A stretch of 64,000 nucleotides of DNA, from assembly GCA_051294905.1 (NCBI GenBank), contig CM119372.1, positions 3,412,001 to 3,476,000 of the forward strand. Reading direction: 5' to 3'. The stretch comes from Botryllus schlosseri (taxonomy: Eukaryota). A program made the translations under genes and the position numbers. Of the stretch, positions 28,801 through 43,800 are shown one piece after another (position 1 is the first letter of the stretch; every line of letters starts with the position of its first letter). A model generated the notes under the pieces. The model was not told the origin of the DNA and searched no databases. It saw nothing but the letters and a program-made list of their open reading frames with translations.

Positions 28801-31800
28801 ACATCTCGTACCGCAAGTTGCGCAAACCTGCGTGAGAATACAACCCAAGCCGTATACATTGAGAGAGAATCATCATTTCTCAGCCGGCAAATTATTAACA
28901 TACACAACAAAAAACAATTGGGTGATACGATATGTGATAGGTCTGTACATATAAGCAAGGTATAGACTAGGGACTCGAGATAACTGAGTCATCAAAGCCT
29001 AGCCACCCAGGCCAAGGAGCATCTTACTACATAATGCGTTAGCATCAAAACTTAAGATTTTAGAATAACTAACAAAACGCGGATCTGGTTTAAGTATAAC
29101 AAATTACACACAGCATCTTGGAAAACAATTAGGAATCAAATAAATGCAATATCGTCATTGCAAATAAAATTTAGCTGAAAGTCAAAAGATCGTTTTGTGA
29201 ACTTTGCATAAGGTAAATTACGGAGTTTACGCTGTGAGTCATTCCACTGGCACCAATTGATTGAATTTTGCACGAGACCAGTAGAATGCTGTTGCACCGA
29301 CATGGGCATAGGAAATCTCGTTTAATGTACGACAGTGAGTTGATGTGCATTCAAATAATTCCCATTGTTTATTACAGCGGTCGGTGCCGCCGAGCTTCTG
29401 AAAGACACGGACGGGGAGAAAAACCTCCCGCTGCATTTGGCCATTGAAAACGCCCACCTTGAGCTGGTCGAATTCTGCATCAACAAATCGAAGGAAGCCG
29501 GTAAGCAAGTATTCTATTCTATCGCTTGCAATGTCTCCAATCGCTTGCAATGTCTCCAATCACGACTCGGCACGACATTTATTTGCTATAAGCCCCAGTC
29601 GTACGTCTAGACTTGGACCACAATATAATTTTAGTTGTGCTATTGGATGCATTAGAGCGAAAGGCAGGTAATATAATCCTAATCCAAGTTTTGGTTTTCC
29701 TGCAAATACTACAGGAGAACTGTATAGCACAAAACGAGCCAAGCTTGCTGTACACTGTACAGCCTTTTTTATTCTCATACTCGTGTAATGAACTGTGATT
29801 CGATCTAAACTTAACTTGATTCAAGGCCCAAGGTTTCACGAATTCATTAATTCCAACTCTAATCTAATTTGGAAAAAATCTGTGTAACTATAGTTCTTAT
29901 TTTAGTCTAATTCAAACAAAATTGTGCCGCTATAATTCTAATTGTAGTCTAATTTGGAAAAAGAACGTGTAGCTGTAACTTGGAAAAGTCTGGTCAAACC
30001 GAGTCTGGCCCAATTCTAATCTAATTTGTTAAATGTTCTTATGCTTTACTTTTAATTCCAATTCCAATCTGTTATACAGTTTTCGTGAAAATTCTACAGA
30101 GAATTGTATAGTGCTAAAAGAGCAAAGCTTAGTGTACAGACATTTTCCGTTCTCGTGCTTATGAGCATTAACTCTGATTTCATATGAACCGAACTTGATT
30201 TGTGCTGTACTTACTGGTAATTGAATAGTTTATTCATATTGAAATGAACCCGAATATTTTCGGCTGACACTAGTCAGGGGTTATCGTCAGCAACTAGTAG
30301 AGAACTGGAAAGAACATTGCAGATCAACAATCGTATCACAAAATATGTCGTCACCTGCATGACATTTCGAATTAATTTCTTGCTAATTCGGAATTCAATT
30401 CAATTTCCAGGTTTTAGCAAATTCAGTAATTTTAATTCTATCTAGTTCGTAAAAAACGTGTGTAGCTAAAATTCGAATTCGAATCTAGTTTTGGAAAAAC
30501 TGTAGCTATCATTCTAATTTTATTCTAATTTGGAAAAACTGTGTAGCTATAATTCTATTTCTAACAACCTATTTTGGAAAAGCTGAAATTTTTTTGAGTT
30601 GCGCAACTCCGCGTATGACGCAGATCATTCCGCGTGTCTCGTCTTAGACTTAGAACTATTGAAGTAAAGTGGCCTTTACTTGTAACTGGCGGTGTGTGAA
30701 TGAAAAATCGTTGTATGAAAAGTGATATGTCATTGGTTTGTAATAATTGTGCGGTTACACGAACCATACAGTAAAATTGCGCAACACGCAAATGTAGGAT
30801 TGTATAGGTTTATATGCGAAGCACAAATTACGTGTTGGTGATGTAAGAGGCTTTATTGGAAAATAACACATTCCAAACTTAAACCACAACCCTAATCTTA
30901 ATTCAGATGCTCAAGTCCGGGGTTGAACAATTAAAAATTGATCCCCATTTTCAAGTTAGATTAGAATTGGAGTTATAGCTGCACAGTTCTTTTTCCCAAA
31001 TTAGATTAAAATTAGAATTACTGTATTCGTATTCGCAAAAACGTGGGAATTGAATGAAATTCCTAATTATAGAAAGAAATAAAAAAAAATTTAAGCTCAG
31101 TCCATATCAAATCAGACTTCATCCTCATGAGCATGGAGAATGACAAACGTCCGTACAACAAGCTTGGCCCGTTTAGTGCTATATGGTCCTCCTGCAGCAT
31201 TTTTTCAGGAAAACTAGAAATTTTGTAACAATTACAATTATCGCATGGAGACATCCCACAAATTAGATCAGAATTATATCAACGCCAGCTCCTAGGAATT
31301 ACTTTATTTGTCCAAGTCTGCCCTAGCTGTCTAAATAGACCAATTAGAACTAAATGCCGATAATCTAATTCTAATCTTATTGATGAAATGTTTCTTTGCT
31401 CTACTTCTAATTCTAATTTGTGAAATTTTTCTATGATTTAATTCTAATACTAATGTAATATCTGGTTTTCCTGAAAACGCTGCAGGAGACTTTATCGTAT
31501 TTCTATTTCTAACCTAATTTGGAAAAGAATGTGTAGCTAAAATTCTAATTTTAATCTAGTTAGGAAAATACTGTATAGATATAATTCTAATCCAAATCAA
31601 ATTTAGAATGGCTTAAAATTTTCTAGCTGTCCAAGACCAGTTTGGCCACATACATTGAACTTGATATTCTCAGGTCTCGGTTCCATGGTCGACGTGCGAA
31701 GATCGCGTGAAGAGACCTGCCTGCATCTCGCCGTTCTGGCAAACAATTTGGAAATCGTCAAGTTACTAATGCAGCACGGCGTCGACGTGAACGCGCGAAA

Positions 31801-34800
31801 CTCCGCCATGGCGACGCCTCTCTTCGTCGCGTCCCAATTCAACGCGCACGTGATAGTTCAGCACCTTCTTGCGAAGTGAGTAAACGTAGTGGTTTTCCGA
31901 CTTTAATCGGATCTGGCCAGGATACATATTATATCATTGAATCTGATCAACTCATTCCGTTGGACAAAAATAAATTTTCCTTCAAATTGTATCGGCTATG
32001 AGTTAAACTTGTCAGGTTGGCTACAAAACGACTCACACCAGATTTTGCTCATTAGCTATTAGCTCGGAAGCTATTGTTTATTGCATATCTTCGGCAAATT
32101 TTACTGTTAGTTGTTTACAATTTTCCACCGTAAATACTAGACTTTGCTCAAATGGAAAATTTTGAGCTCCAATATCTGCACTTCTACTGTTTGGAGTTGA
32201 GTCAAATTTGCTGTGCACCGTTTTTGCAGAAAACTGCACAATTTGATGGGATTGCCAGTAAAATTATTTACCACCTAAAATTGCGAAGCTATTAGAGTTA
32301 GAAAACGTTTAATTTAAAAAAAAAATGAAAAATAGATGTTTCAAATTTAACTGTCAACCCCATGAAATTGTTATGTTGTCTAAAAATGCAACGGATACCA
32401 AATTTAGCTCAATTTCGACCGGTAGAAACGAAGTTATTGGAGTACAAAATTCTGGATCTGAATAAATTAGTATTTGCGACGGGAAATTATTTTTATTAAT
32501 TAAATTACTACCGACCGTACATATCATTATTTCAAATCAGAAATTTTAATATTTTTCAACTCTAATAGCTCTAGACTAGAGGTTGGAATTTAGCCAAATT
32601 TGGTTTTTCGATTAGCCAGTAAAATCTGAAAGGAAAAGTTATTTTTGAACAATCCCAATCTGCATCTTGTCGTCTTTTCATGTCGACATGATTAATTTGC
32701 TTCCATACCCAGTTCGTTCCATAATCAATGTCTGGATCACGGCATCTTGATAAACTGCGCCTGTCGCTTTATTTTGCAGTGGCGCGAACGTGGATATGAA
32801 AAACAACGATTTCTTCACGCCGCTGCTGATGGCCTCGAAGCACGGGCACTTAGAATCTATGAAGCATCTGCTAGACTACCACGCTGACATCACAGAAACC
32901 GACAAGGACGACAAAACGTGTATTATATGGTGCGCGGAAGAAAACAGAACCGACGCCTTAGCCGTGAGTTGACTATATAAACCAGCATTTGCATGTGTGG
33001 GGAACATGATACTGTTCATTTTTCGTTTTCAAGAAATCGAAAGTGTCCTTGGAGGACTACTAAATGCCCTCTTTTTCGGAATTTGTCCTCTTGTTCTAGA
33101 AAAAGTGTTAAAATACTTGCAATAATTAGACTCCGACGTACTAAAACATGAACGAAAAATACGCCCGACGGGTATTTAGGAAGCGAGATCGGAAAAATGA
33201 CCTTTTTTACAGTCAAACCAATATACTATTACTTAGTGGCGAGATAGCGTAGTGGTATAATGCACACCTACAACACCTATGGGTTATAGGCTCGAGTCCG
33301 ACCGAGGTCGACTCCAGAATTCCTACCCAAGTGTTGGAGGGGTATCTAGGCTTCTTGCCATCTCATCTTCATAAGCGGTGTCTTACAAAAAGCCTAGAAG
33401 TATACCGTGCTACAAGTCGGCAGGTACGGAATCAAAAATAAGGAATATCGGCCTGGTGTAAATGGCCATAGTAGTCGGCACACACCATGAATATCACAAA
33501 CAACAACATACTATTACTCGATAACAAATCCAGATCGCCGTTTTCTCCTCCGGTATTATAGTTTGAAAACGAAAAAGATTTTTTCCAGCTCCTCGCCCCT
33601 GACGGGGGTGCGGCCCCCAGTTTGACAACCACTGACGTAGGAGCTTCATAAGTTCCGTATACTACACAACCGTATATTGAAGTAACTTAGATCAAAGAAA
33701 AGTATTGCCTATTCGAATTGGACGTTAGCCCGAAAGTTACGAATGCATTTTCTTAGTGCTGATATTGAATGTAGACTAGATCAGTTCAACCTGCAATGTG
33801 AATGACTATCTTCAAGTTTTACAATACATAACATACCATAATACTGTAATTCCACAAAAGGCACGAGGCAAATTCCGAGTGTTTAGGACAGGTTCTAATT
33901 CGCGGTGTCGAATACTGTTCATTAAAATCCAACCTGGAAGCTATAAGGACGATTAATCCCGAGAATGCCAAATTACCCCTTCTGAGAATAATCACCAACA
34001 GGTTAAGGACCTGTGACTATAATACTTCACTGGATTCCGACACAATGTGAAGCCGATGCTTTTGTCTGGCGATCCACCTCATAATCCCCGTCAATGTATA
34101 AAGTGTGGAACATCACCGAGTACCGACTCATGCATATTCATTGTAAGGCAATATTACGCCATGCACCATTTACGCGTGACTATATAATAAGATTATCAAA
34201 AGAATGTAGGAATATAAAGACGCATACGTTATAGATATCGTATACTTATATTCCAAGGCCATGCGCTAATTACAAGGCAAACCAAAAGACAATACCTTTA
34301 CTTTGTCGGAGTAATCAAGTACTTGAGGTTATGTATTTTTGACTGTTTCCACTTCTACTTGACTTTTTTAGACAACACTAGTTGCTTTAAGCTTGGCCCA
34401 TGCAATACGATAACTGGGTATATCATCGCCGTTGAATTAGAGTGGCTGATGCCCAAATTACACATTTTGAGAATATTTTGAGTTTTCATTTTCTTTCATG
34501 GCAATGCTTGACTTTGACACGATGTGACAAACATAAACACAGCCAAGATATGCGCGAAAAAATCGAAAGATTTACAAAAACTTGATTTTCTATCAATTTG
34601 AAAAATGGATCTGAAAATTTGAAAAAAATGGATATAAAGTACTTTGATTCCACCGCGAAGATATATTCGAAAATTCCACCGATTTGTAGCGTCATAAGAC
34701 GTCTTGAGTTAGTTGCATTGTCTAAAGTACAGCCAACGTTGACCGACTATTAAAAGTGTGCGACTTCTCTACCAAATTTACATTTTGAAACAACTTACTT

Positions 34801-37800
34801 GGCTTCTTTTCAGATCTTCATGGCCGACTTCGACTTGAAGGATTTTAGGCATGTTGAAATAGTTGCTCATACTTGTAGTTGTATAGAAATTTGCGATCCT
34901 GCTTCCGCTTCAACTTGAGCACTAACGATAGCTGCTTTGATCACCGATGGCTTATATACTATACGCAAATATGCAATGTGGTGTGTGTATATATAATATT
35001 ATATATGTGTATACAGCATGCATTCTGTAATTTGTAACATAACAAGGTACATTCGGGCTTTAGGAAAGTATTCAAGCTTTCCCCGAATGGCTTTTCAGAT
35101 ATCCCACATATGCTATTCTTCCGAAACACTTGATGTGTTGGTTAATGCTATTGTATATTTCAGTTACTGCTCCGACACTCAAAAGGTAGAAGCCTCATCG
35201 AAGAGAGGGACAGATATAACAACACAGCTTTACATATGGCATCGTCGAAGGGACATGTTAACGCCGTAAAAGTAAGACTTCGTCTTATTTTGTCATCAAC
35301 ATTTTTCGAACCAAGTGACGCTTATGCCACCCAACGCACCGGATCAGCAAAAGCTACATTCGCTTTTAAAGGAATATCCTACTGTATTCGATGTATCTAC
35401 CTTATCCTTAATACCCGATGGTAGGTGTTGAAATTGATGCTCCAACTTGGATTTTTGGTTCCACATTCAGTCACTGAATTGCATTATTCCATCAGATCAA
35501 ACCAGCACAAGATTGCGACACAATGAAAAGATAGGAGGAACGACTTGGAGTAGTCTTTTGATCAGACATCCACATTGCCGTAGCTAGAACATGTGATAAG
35601 AGGCATGCACGCTGGCTGAAAAGTAATACAAGATGACATAAAAAGGAAACCCGATGAACATGAATGTAACATGTATCGGTATAGGCGAGGTCGATGTGTC
35701 AAATTGTGGATTGTTGGGTATTTATTCAGTAGAAACTACTTGTATTTCGACTTGAATGCGGACATCTGTACAATCCGGACATGCTCGTCGGCTGTCGGAT
35801 AGTCATCGAGATATTGTTCCACGGGTATCGTCCGGCATACTTGATAGAGAGGTGTGTTTTCATGTAATTCGTCCTGACTATAATGGTAGTGGTAGTTGGC
35901 TGGTCATGACTAGGGCTGGGCACAATGATTCGAGTACTCGAATCTGAATCGAGTATTAATTTTAATGATTCGAGTCGAGTAGTAAAAGACGATATTTTCG
36001 AGTACTGAAATTACAAGCTCCTCGCCACTGAAAGTTAATTTATCAACGAGAATTATAGTTTTGATGCTAGTTTCCAATGTGGAAGGCTTAAACACTGATT
36101 GGCTGCATTGAAGCATACGAAACATAGTACAAAGCTACAAAGCGTACGTGAAATAATACATTTTCGAAGTCATAATCATCCCATAACCTTGTCACGAAGT
36201 GCAATGAAATAGGTATGGTCGAAAAAATATCAAAGCATCTTTAATGTGGTGGATAACAGGCATTATATTCTTTGCTGTGGCATAAAAGGTACATATTTGA
36301 ACTTTGACATATGACATTCTATTATGACGTCATAATGTGTGATACTCGAATACTCGACTCGACTCGAAGCATAATACGTGATTCAGAATCGAATCACTCA
36401 GGTACTCGATTTTGCCCAGCCCTAGTCATGACGCGCGTGTGTTGCACTTACGCGCTTTTGATTCCGAGGATAAGTAGACGTCGAATATTGCGCGGCAGTG
36501 GTCGCAATGGAATTGATACATGAACTTCGCGATTTTTGGCTTCCTCGTATATTCTACGTCCAAAACACCAAATCCTTAGGGACGATATGTCAGCTGCACA
36601 CCCAGACCCTTTCGGGGCCTTTGCAATGACACGAAGAACCTGATTCTGTAGTAGTAGTAGTAGTACTGATAATCGTCACCTCTGCCTCTTCACGCCACTG
36701 ATGTATATGTTCGCAGTTTCTATTGCAATATCGCGCGCCCGCCGACATCAAGAACGACGACGACAGAACTACGTTGCACATGGCCGCGTTGAACGGAAAC
36801 GACCTCGTCATTCCCGAGCTGATTGCGCGAGACAGGTCCATCTTGAACGCGGGCGACGAGGACGCCAACGCGGCTCTGCATTTGGCCGCGATGGGGGGAA
36901 ATGTGAAATGCGTAGATACGTGAGTTTTTGTGCATCGATATTTAGTGCCCTTTCTACCCATTAAGTCGCACTAATGCCCCTGCTATACTGCATTAGCTAT
37001 AGTACTGCTATTACTATTATTGCTCCTGGTACAGCTTGTCCAGCTAGAACTGTTGTTACACTGCTATCACTACCACTACACAGAGTTGGACAGCTAGAGA
37101 ATTGTCAGCTTTTCCGACCAAGATTAGAATTGGAATTATAGCTATACATATTTTTTTCCAAAATAGATTCTAATTATAATTACTGATTTCGATAAAACTT
37201 GGAAGTTGAATTCTATTCCTAATTGGAAAGAAATACAACAAAAATCCAGTTCGGTTCATCTTAAATCACGGTTCATTCCCGTAAGCAGGAAAATGGAAAA
37301 TGTTTGTACAACAAGCTTGGCTCGTTTCGCACGATAAAGTTCTCCTGTGGCATTTTCAGGAAAACCCGAAATTACATTAAAATTATAATTGGACCATAGA
37401 ATCATTTGACAAATTTGATTTGAATTAGATTGCCGACATTTCGCTCTAATTAGTCTAATCAGGCAACTAAACTTATCTAGTTGTCCACGTCCGACTACCA
37501 CTGCATATTTAAGGCCACGTATACCTATGCCAAACCGCGCATTTCCAATGCTCAATGTTCATATTGAGAGTTATGAAATAGGTCGAGTCAAATACCCCGA
37601 CACCGACCTCAAGACGATGTAAATGCGTTTTAGAGAAGTAGGTATTCCAGTATTTAGATCATATTTGAAACCGTATTCGTGCAATCAATTTCCTTTCAAA
37701 ATATCAATTTTGATATAGGCATATAGGTCATTCGTATTTATAACCATAATTCGATTTTAAATACTCTATTGCAAGAAAACAGTCGCAGGTAACTCCATAT

Positions 37801-40800
37801 TTTGTAAATAGAGAGATTATTGAGGACTCACGGACATATCGTTGCTCGAGGCTGCACTTTACAATTACCCGAACTTTCATATCGATGCTCTACGTTTATA
37901 TCGTTACGTATGGTTGCAGCTCAGATGCTTTTACACCTGTACAGTAAACAATATATATCGCTTTTCCGTAAAAGATTACAGTATTTAATCAACTCTCCGT
38001 AAATTCTTGTTGGTTTTATTCGTACGCAGACTGATACAACTTGGCGCAAATATTGAGTTACGAAACGCAAAGCAATGGACTCCGCTAGACAGCGCTGCGG
38101 CAGCGGGTTGGGAGAAACCGGCTAGGGCTTTATTGGAGGCCGGCGCATCTGTACAACCTAGGGGGAAAATAAAGGTAACTTATTCAGTAGAGTTATACAT
38201 TTCGATGCACTTTTATTTGGAGACTTAATACATGGGGTCGAGAGATACCAGATCGCTTCTAACAGTGGAACGATACGGTTTTTGTTTTTCAAGGCATACA
38301 AGTCTGTTAACAAGGTAAAACGGTGGAATATTGCATCATCATTCGTTTTGATTTTAATGCGTGTGTTTTTGTTGCTAAAGCATAGCATGCGATGTGTTTG
38401 GTTTATTGCTGTGTGACTATCTCATTATTTCGTTTGACTTTCAAGAATTTCAGTTCGTTTATTTTTGTCTGGTTATGTATGTGTAGGGTCGCATTTAAAA
38501 TAAAAATCTATTTAAGACAAGCATGTTTAAAACAGGACCCTTGTTTAAAACATGTTTTTTATTGTTTTTTCAGTCATGACGTCACGAATTCTTGTTTTAT
38601 CACAGTGGATTGACATTGACAATTGAAAATATAGGGTAAATATGGCTCCTTCGACGTAATGGGATTCTGACCACTGTCCTAAACAGATCAAAAATATCTT
38701 TAACCGGGATTACATCGTTATGCAGCATTTTACTGTCGGCGGTCACCGTCATCAGAACACCCATTCCGTACGAAGCATCTATATCTACATGCTATAATGG
38801 TTAAACCAGCGACGATTTTGCGGGTTCCAATCACTCCACATCGTATACGTCGACTATATTGGGTGGAAATCGTCCATAGGCTCATACCGCGTATTTTTTC
38901 AGAAGTATTTACACAATTATGACGTAATTACACAACGTTTGAGAAACACAATATTTTAAAGGCATTTTTAAAACACTAAAATATGTTTATACCAATGTGT
39001 TTTAAAACATCATTTGTTTTAAATGCAACTCTATGTATATTACCAAAGTCATGCAAATTATGTTGCTTGTGTTAGACCATTACCCCTATATTTTGGGGGG
39101 CTACGTGTTCCCCTTCGTGGCCTTGTGCGAGGAGATTTTTTATACTAATGGACATAACACACTAAGATCAAAATGTATTAGTTTTGGTATTGCATACCGT
39201 ATGTTTGTTTTAATCAATATAAGTAATAGCGAATGGCATTTGTTTTCAATATTTTCGATTTAACCTCACTAATGACAATGACTACGGCTGGGCAAATTCG
39301 AGTACCTGAGTGATTCGATTCTGATTCGAGTATTAGGTTTTGATTCGATTCGAGTATTCGAGTGTGGCCAGCCCTACGAATGACTAATGTGATGAATGCT
39401 GCCGCTTTTCTGTAAAACTTGACATTGTGGGTGTACGTTTTTGATGGGACAACACGCATGTCATCCTTTGCATTCGACCGGTTTTGACTCTTCGTGTTTA
39501 TAGTAAGTCCTGCCAGGGTTGTAACCAAGTCACAAGGTTCTGAGTCACAAGTCAATCTCGCTTTTGTATAGTTCTGACTCGAGTCCAGTCAGATCATTTT
39601 CAATTCACCACCGAGTCAAGTCTTAACCCAAGTCAGCGAGTAGAGGGTCGAGTCCGAGTCCAAGTCATTAAGTTCACTGTTCAGTTACCTCTTCAAACGG
39701 TTTCAATCCACTTTTTTCAACTCTGCTCGAGAGATATAGAATGGCTCGCATTCATGTTATAGTAATTTTTCTGTCTTATTAGTTTTTGGTCCTATTTTCC
39801 AAGTATCAGAACTGATAGACGAAATATCAATCATGTGGTAACTTGACTTTTCTTCGAAGTTACAATGAAATGTCTGTATTGGCCGTCCTAGTCTCGAGTC
39901 ATATAACTTGGTTCAAGTCATGTACAATGACTCGAGTACAAGTCGGGTCCATACAAAAAGTGACTCGAGTCGAGTCATTTTACGCGTTTGAAAAGATGAC
40001 TCGAGTCAAGTCGAGTCACCAAAACATCGTGACTCGAGTCATTACAACCCTGACTACTACAAAGAGGCTATAGAAGCAATGGCTCCATTGATCAAAAGAG
40101 TATATAGGTACAAAACCTGACTCCAAACATCACCAACACGTTTCGAATGACAGGACAATTGAATGATTCCATTGTCAATCTGCTCGCTTCGAAAAATGAA
40201 ACTACGTAAGCATTAAATAGAGACCACCTAATTTAGTACCTAAGGAAAAGCAAATACCTTGTCATTAAGCATTAGAGATAGAGACAACTAGAGAAAAGCG
40301 AAGTATGCTTAATTTAGAATGCGGATAGAATCAAACATCACTTCAAGACCACCACCCAGGGTTGTAACCAAGTCACAAGGCTACAAGTCACAAGTCCATT
40401 TGACTTGTATAGTTCTGAATCTATAGTCAAGTCGAGTCATTTTCAATTCACCACCGCGTTAAGTCCAAGTCCAAGTCATAGTGTTTACTGTTCAGTATCG
40501 AGCTCAAGTCAAGTTCAACCCAATTCTGTGAAACTCTATGGTGATATCGAAGTCCTCGGATTCATAATATACAAAATTTTCTCACCTAAAAGGGCAGTGT
40601 TGACTGACGCTAATTTCATCATTCGTGTGATACAACTTAACCGGCATATTGCGTTCCTGGGTCTAGGTCTCGCCTCTGCACCTCGCGTGTAAGAACGGCC
40701 ATCTCGAAATGGTCAATCTCCTGTTGAACTGGCGGGCTGACGTGACGTTTCGATCTAGCGACGGGAAGAACGCCATGGACTTTGCAATAGATTCGAACCA

Positions 40801-43800
40801 AAAGGATTGCGTCGTTGCCTTGCTGAGACACTCCACCTGGAAGGATTCTCTTCGGAACGCGGTTTATAACCCAGTGAATGGTACGTTCAGCCAGACTTGG
40901 ACCGTTAAAATATTTACTTTTTTTTCAAAATTATAATATAATAATAATTATAGCTACACAGTTTATTCAAAATTATACTGAAATTATAATTATTGCTGCA
41001 CATTTTTTTAAATTGAATTAGAATTAGAATTATATCAACACAATTTATTCAGAAAAAGACTGAAATTCGAATTATTGCTGCAGTTTTTATAAGTATATGA
41101 AATAAAATTACAGCTGTACGTTTTTTTTTTCAAATTACATTCGAATTAGAATTATAACTGCACGGTTCATTGAAAATTGGACTGAAAATAGAATTATTGC
41201 TACACAGCTTCTGCCAAATCATATTAGCATTACAGTAAGAGCTACTCAGTTTGTTCAAATTAAGACTGAAACTAGAATTATTGCTACACAGTTTTTTTCC
41301 AAATTATATTAGAATTAGAATAATAGCTGCGCGGTATATTCAAGATTATACTGGAATTAGAATAATTGCTACACAGTATTTTTTTAATTAGAATAGAATT
41401 AGAATTACTGAATTCGCAAAAACTTGGAAATCGAAGCAAGTTCAGTTCGTATCCGGTCAGAGTTCAATCTCACAAGCATTAGAGCGACAAATGTCTGTAT
41501 TCAGCGAGATTGGATCGTTTCTCGCTATACAATTTCCATTTATTATTTTCAGGAAAATCAAAAATCAAATTATAATCCAAAGCATAGAAACATTTCACAG
41601 ATTAAATTTAAATTTCCGGCATTTCGTGGTAATTAGTCTAATTAGTCATCTGGTTGTCCATAAAGTCTGCTGTCATGTACGCGTGGGGTGCGCATATAGG
41701 TTATACGCATGTATGTATTGTATAAACATGGATGGCCAATGGCCATTTTGCAATGTTTGAGATGTATTTTTGTCACGCGCTCAAAATTGTTTTCTCATGC
41801 CGCACATCTTAAGAAATGGAGGACGCCGCCGGTACGATTTATTACTTTAATTTTTGATGCATGTATTTGTATACCCTCGGTGGAAACCTATTTGATTTTT
41901 ATACGCGCGTAGGTCGGATGACCACTCCGATGAGGAAACTGATCAAGAAGATGCCGGACTTGGCCGAAATAGTTTACAACCAGTGCATCACAGACAACGG
42001 TAAAAAACCGGAGGATGATAACTATAAGGTATACGCTGCATCGTTTGTATCCGTAATTACGACCCACACCTTCGGCGTAATGCGTGTTCACACCCAAAGG
42101 GTGACGCATGAAAATATAACCTAGCTCAGAATTACACGAAGGAACGTAGTGTTTAAAACAATGATTTAAACCAGGGGTCACCAACTCGCGCAACAAGCAA
42201 GCAGTCGTTTTCCTATTCATATCTGCATTGCCTGTGCTAACCTTTACACCTCATTATGCGGCATCATTGAGGAGTGTGTCGGAACTTATGGGCGAATTCA
42301 ATTTACTGCAGGAATCGGATAAGTGTCCAGCATAATCGGCTGATTCAGGCAATCCTTAGATTATATACCACAACTGAAACCCAATAAGATCAGACATAGT
42401 AGTGTCATTGATAAGCTTTATATTTGCATTCAATGATGGTGCATCCCTTCTGAAATGATAAATTCGTTAGCCTTTGCAATATTTCTCCCCGTGTTTCTGT
42501 GATTTTCCTCGATGAAAACAAGACATGTCGGCTACAGCGGCTTCCTTCAAAATAAGCCAGACATAGTTTTAAAGTTTTTGGGAAGCAGCTATATTGTTTT
42601 CTCTTCAGCTGAATTTGCAGTGATACGCTGTTTCATCTCAAGCTTTCAAAACAAAAGTCAATTCAGGAACTGTCCATTACAGAATAAGAACATATCCCTC
42701 CGTGACTTATGGTCATCCATTTCCTGACGTGACCTGTTACTGATCGTATGAGTGCGGGACTCGTGATCAGTGCTTTGTTACCGAAGTATTCACGTAATGC
42801 GATTAGGAAAGAATGAAATCACTTCTGCTGATCTATGAAGCTATTCAAATGACCTTTTCGTGTATTGTTCACGTGCAGCATTTGTAGGGTTGTTCCTTCA
42901 GACCGGTATTTCGCGCAGTCACGATATGCTACGTTTTCTCCGAACTTCTATTTTTGTTGTAACCGCATTCGTTAACTAATTAAGACGCGACTTTTTTTGG
43001 CTATTTATGTAATGCTACCTATTGTGTCAGATATTCTAATTGATTTGATAACTCTCGACACCGATATCATATATTTTCTGAAGGGTTACTTGGAGGTACA
43101 AAACTTCAATTTAAAATTGAGTAATATATCCATATTTGTCTTTAACCCGGATATTTCGATTACCCCTGACCAATAAAGCTAAAATATTGGTCCTTATCAC
43201 TGAAAGAAGCGTCTGATGTGCACAAGGTCACATATACCAAGCACCATTAATATATATACCAAGTTAGCAGCAACAACAATAATATCAATTTATTTATTCA
43301 TAGGCTCACGAGGACACACTAGAAATTGACATTAACTTGCAGAATATTCTGTGCTCTGTCCCCAGCGCTTATTACATTATCGGCAATATTTTACAGCTTA
43401 CGTTGTTATACGAATTTCTCGATGATGTCTACGCTAGCTCCGCTTGGACCGACTATACTAGCAGTGCAGATAGCCAAAGGAAGGAGAATATATACGATGC
43501 CGGCGATGACAACGCCTACGTGGTACATAGAACCTTTAATTTCTTCTGCGACCAATACATAGGTTATGGTGACATTGAATACCAATATATGTGGTGCATA
43601 TACAAGGTCTGTTTTCACGAAACGAAGAAAGGTTATAGATCATGATTGAAAACACGCTATTCCAAAATATGCAGCGTAAGCCACCTTTAGTCTAAAAGTC
43701 TATCCTTATCAAGAATCAATACTGGTGCGATACAGTTTCTCTTGCCATGCAATACTCAAAAGTGAAGTCGTGTACCTGACGAGTGAATCGATAATCAAAC

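Noticed and set aside
33236..33310. tRNA genes at 33236, 10740-10806, 52980-53040, 54026 and 57960-58028
   Set aside because: A and B boxes are present but there is no complete cloverleaf; each continues into a shared body and simple-repeat tail, so they are SINE heads.
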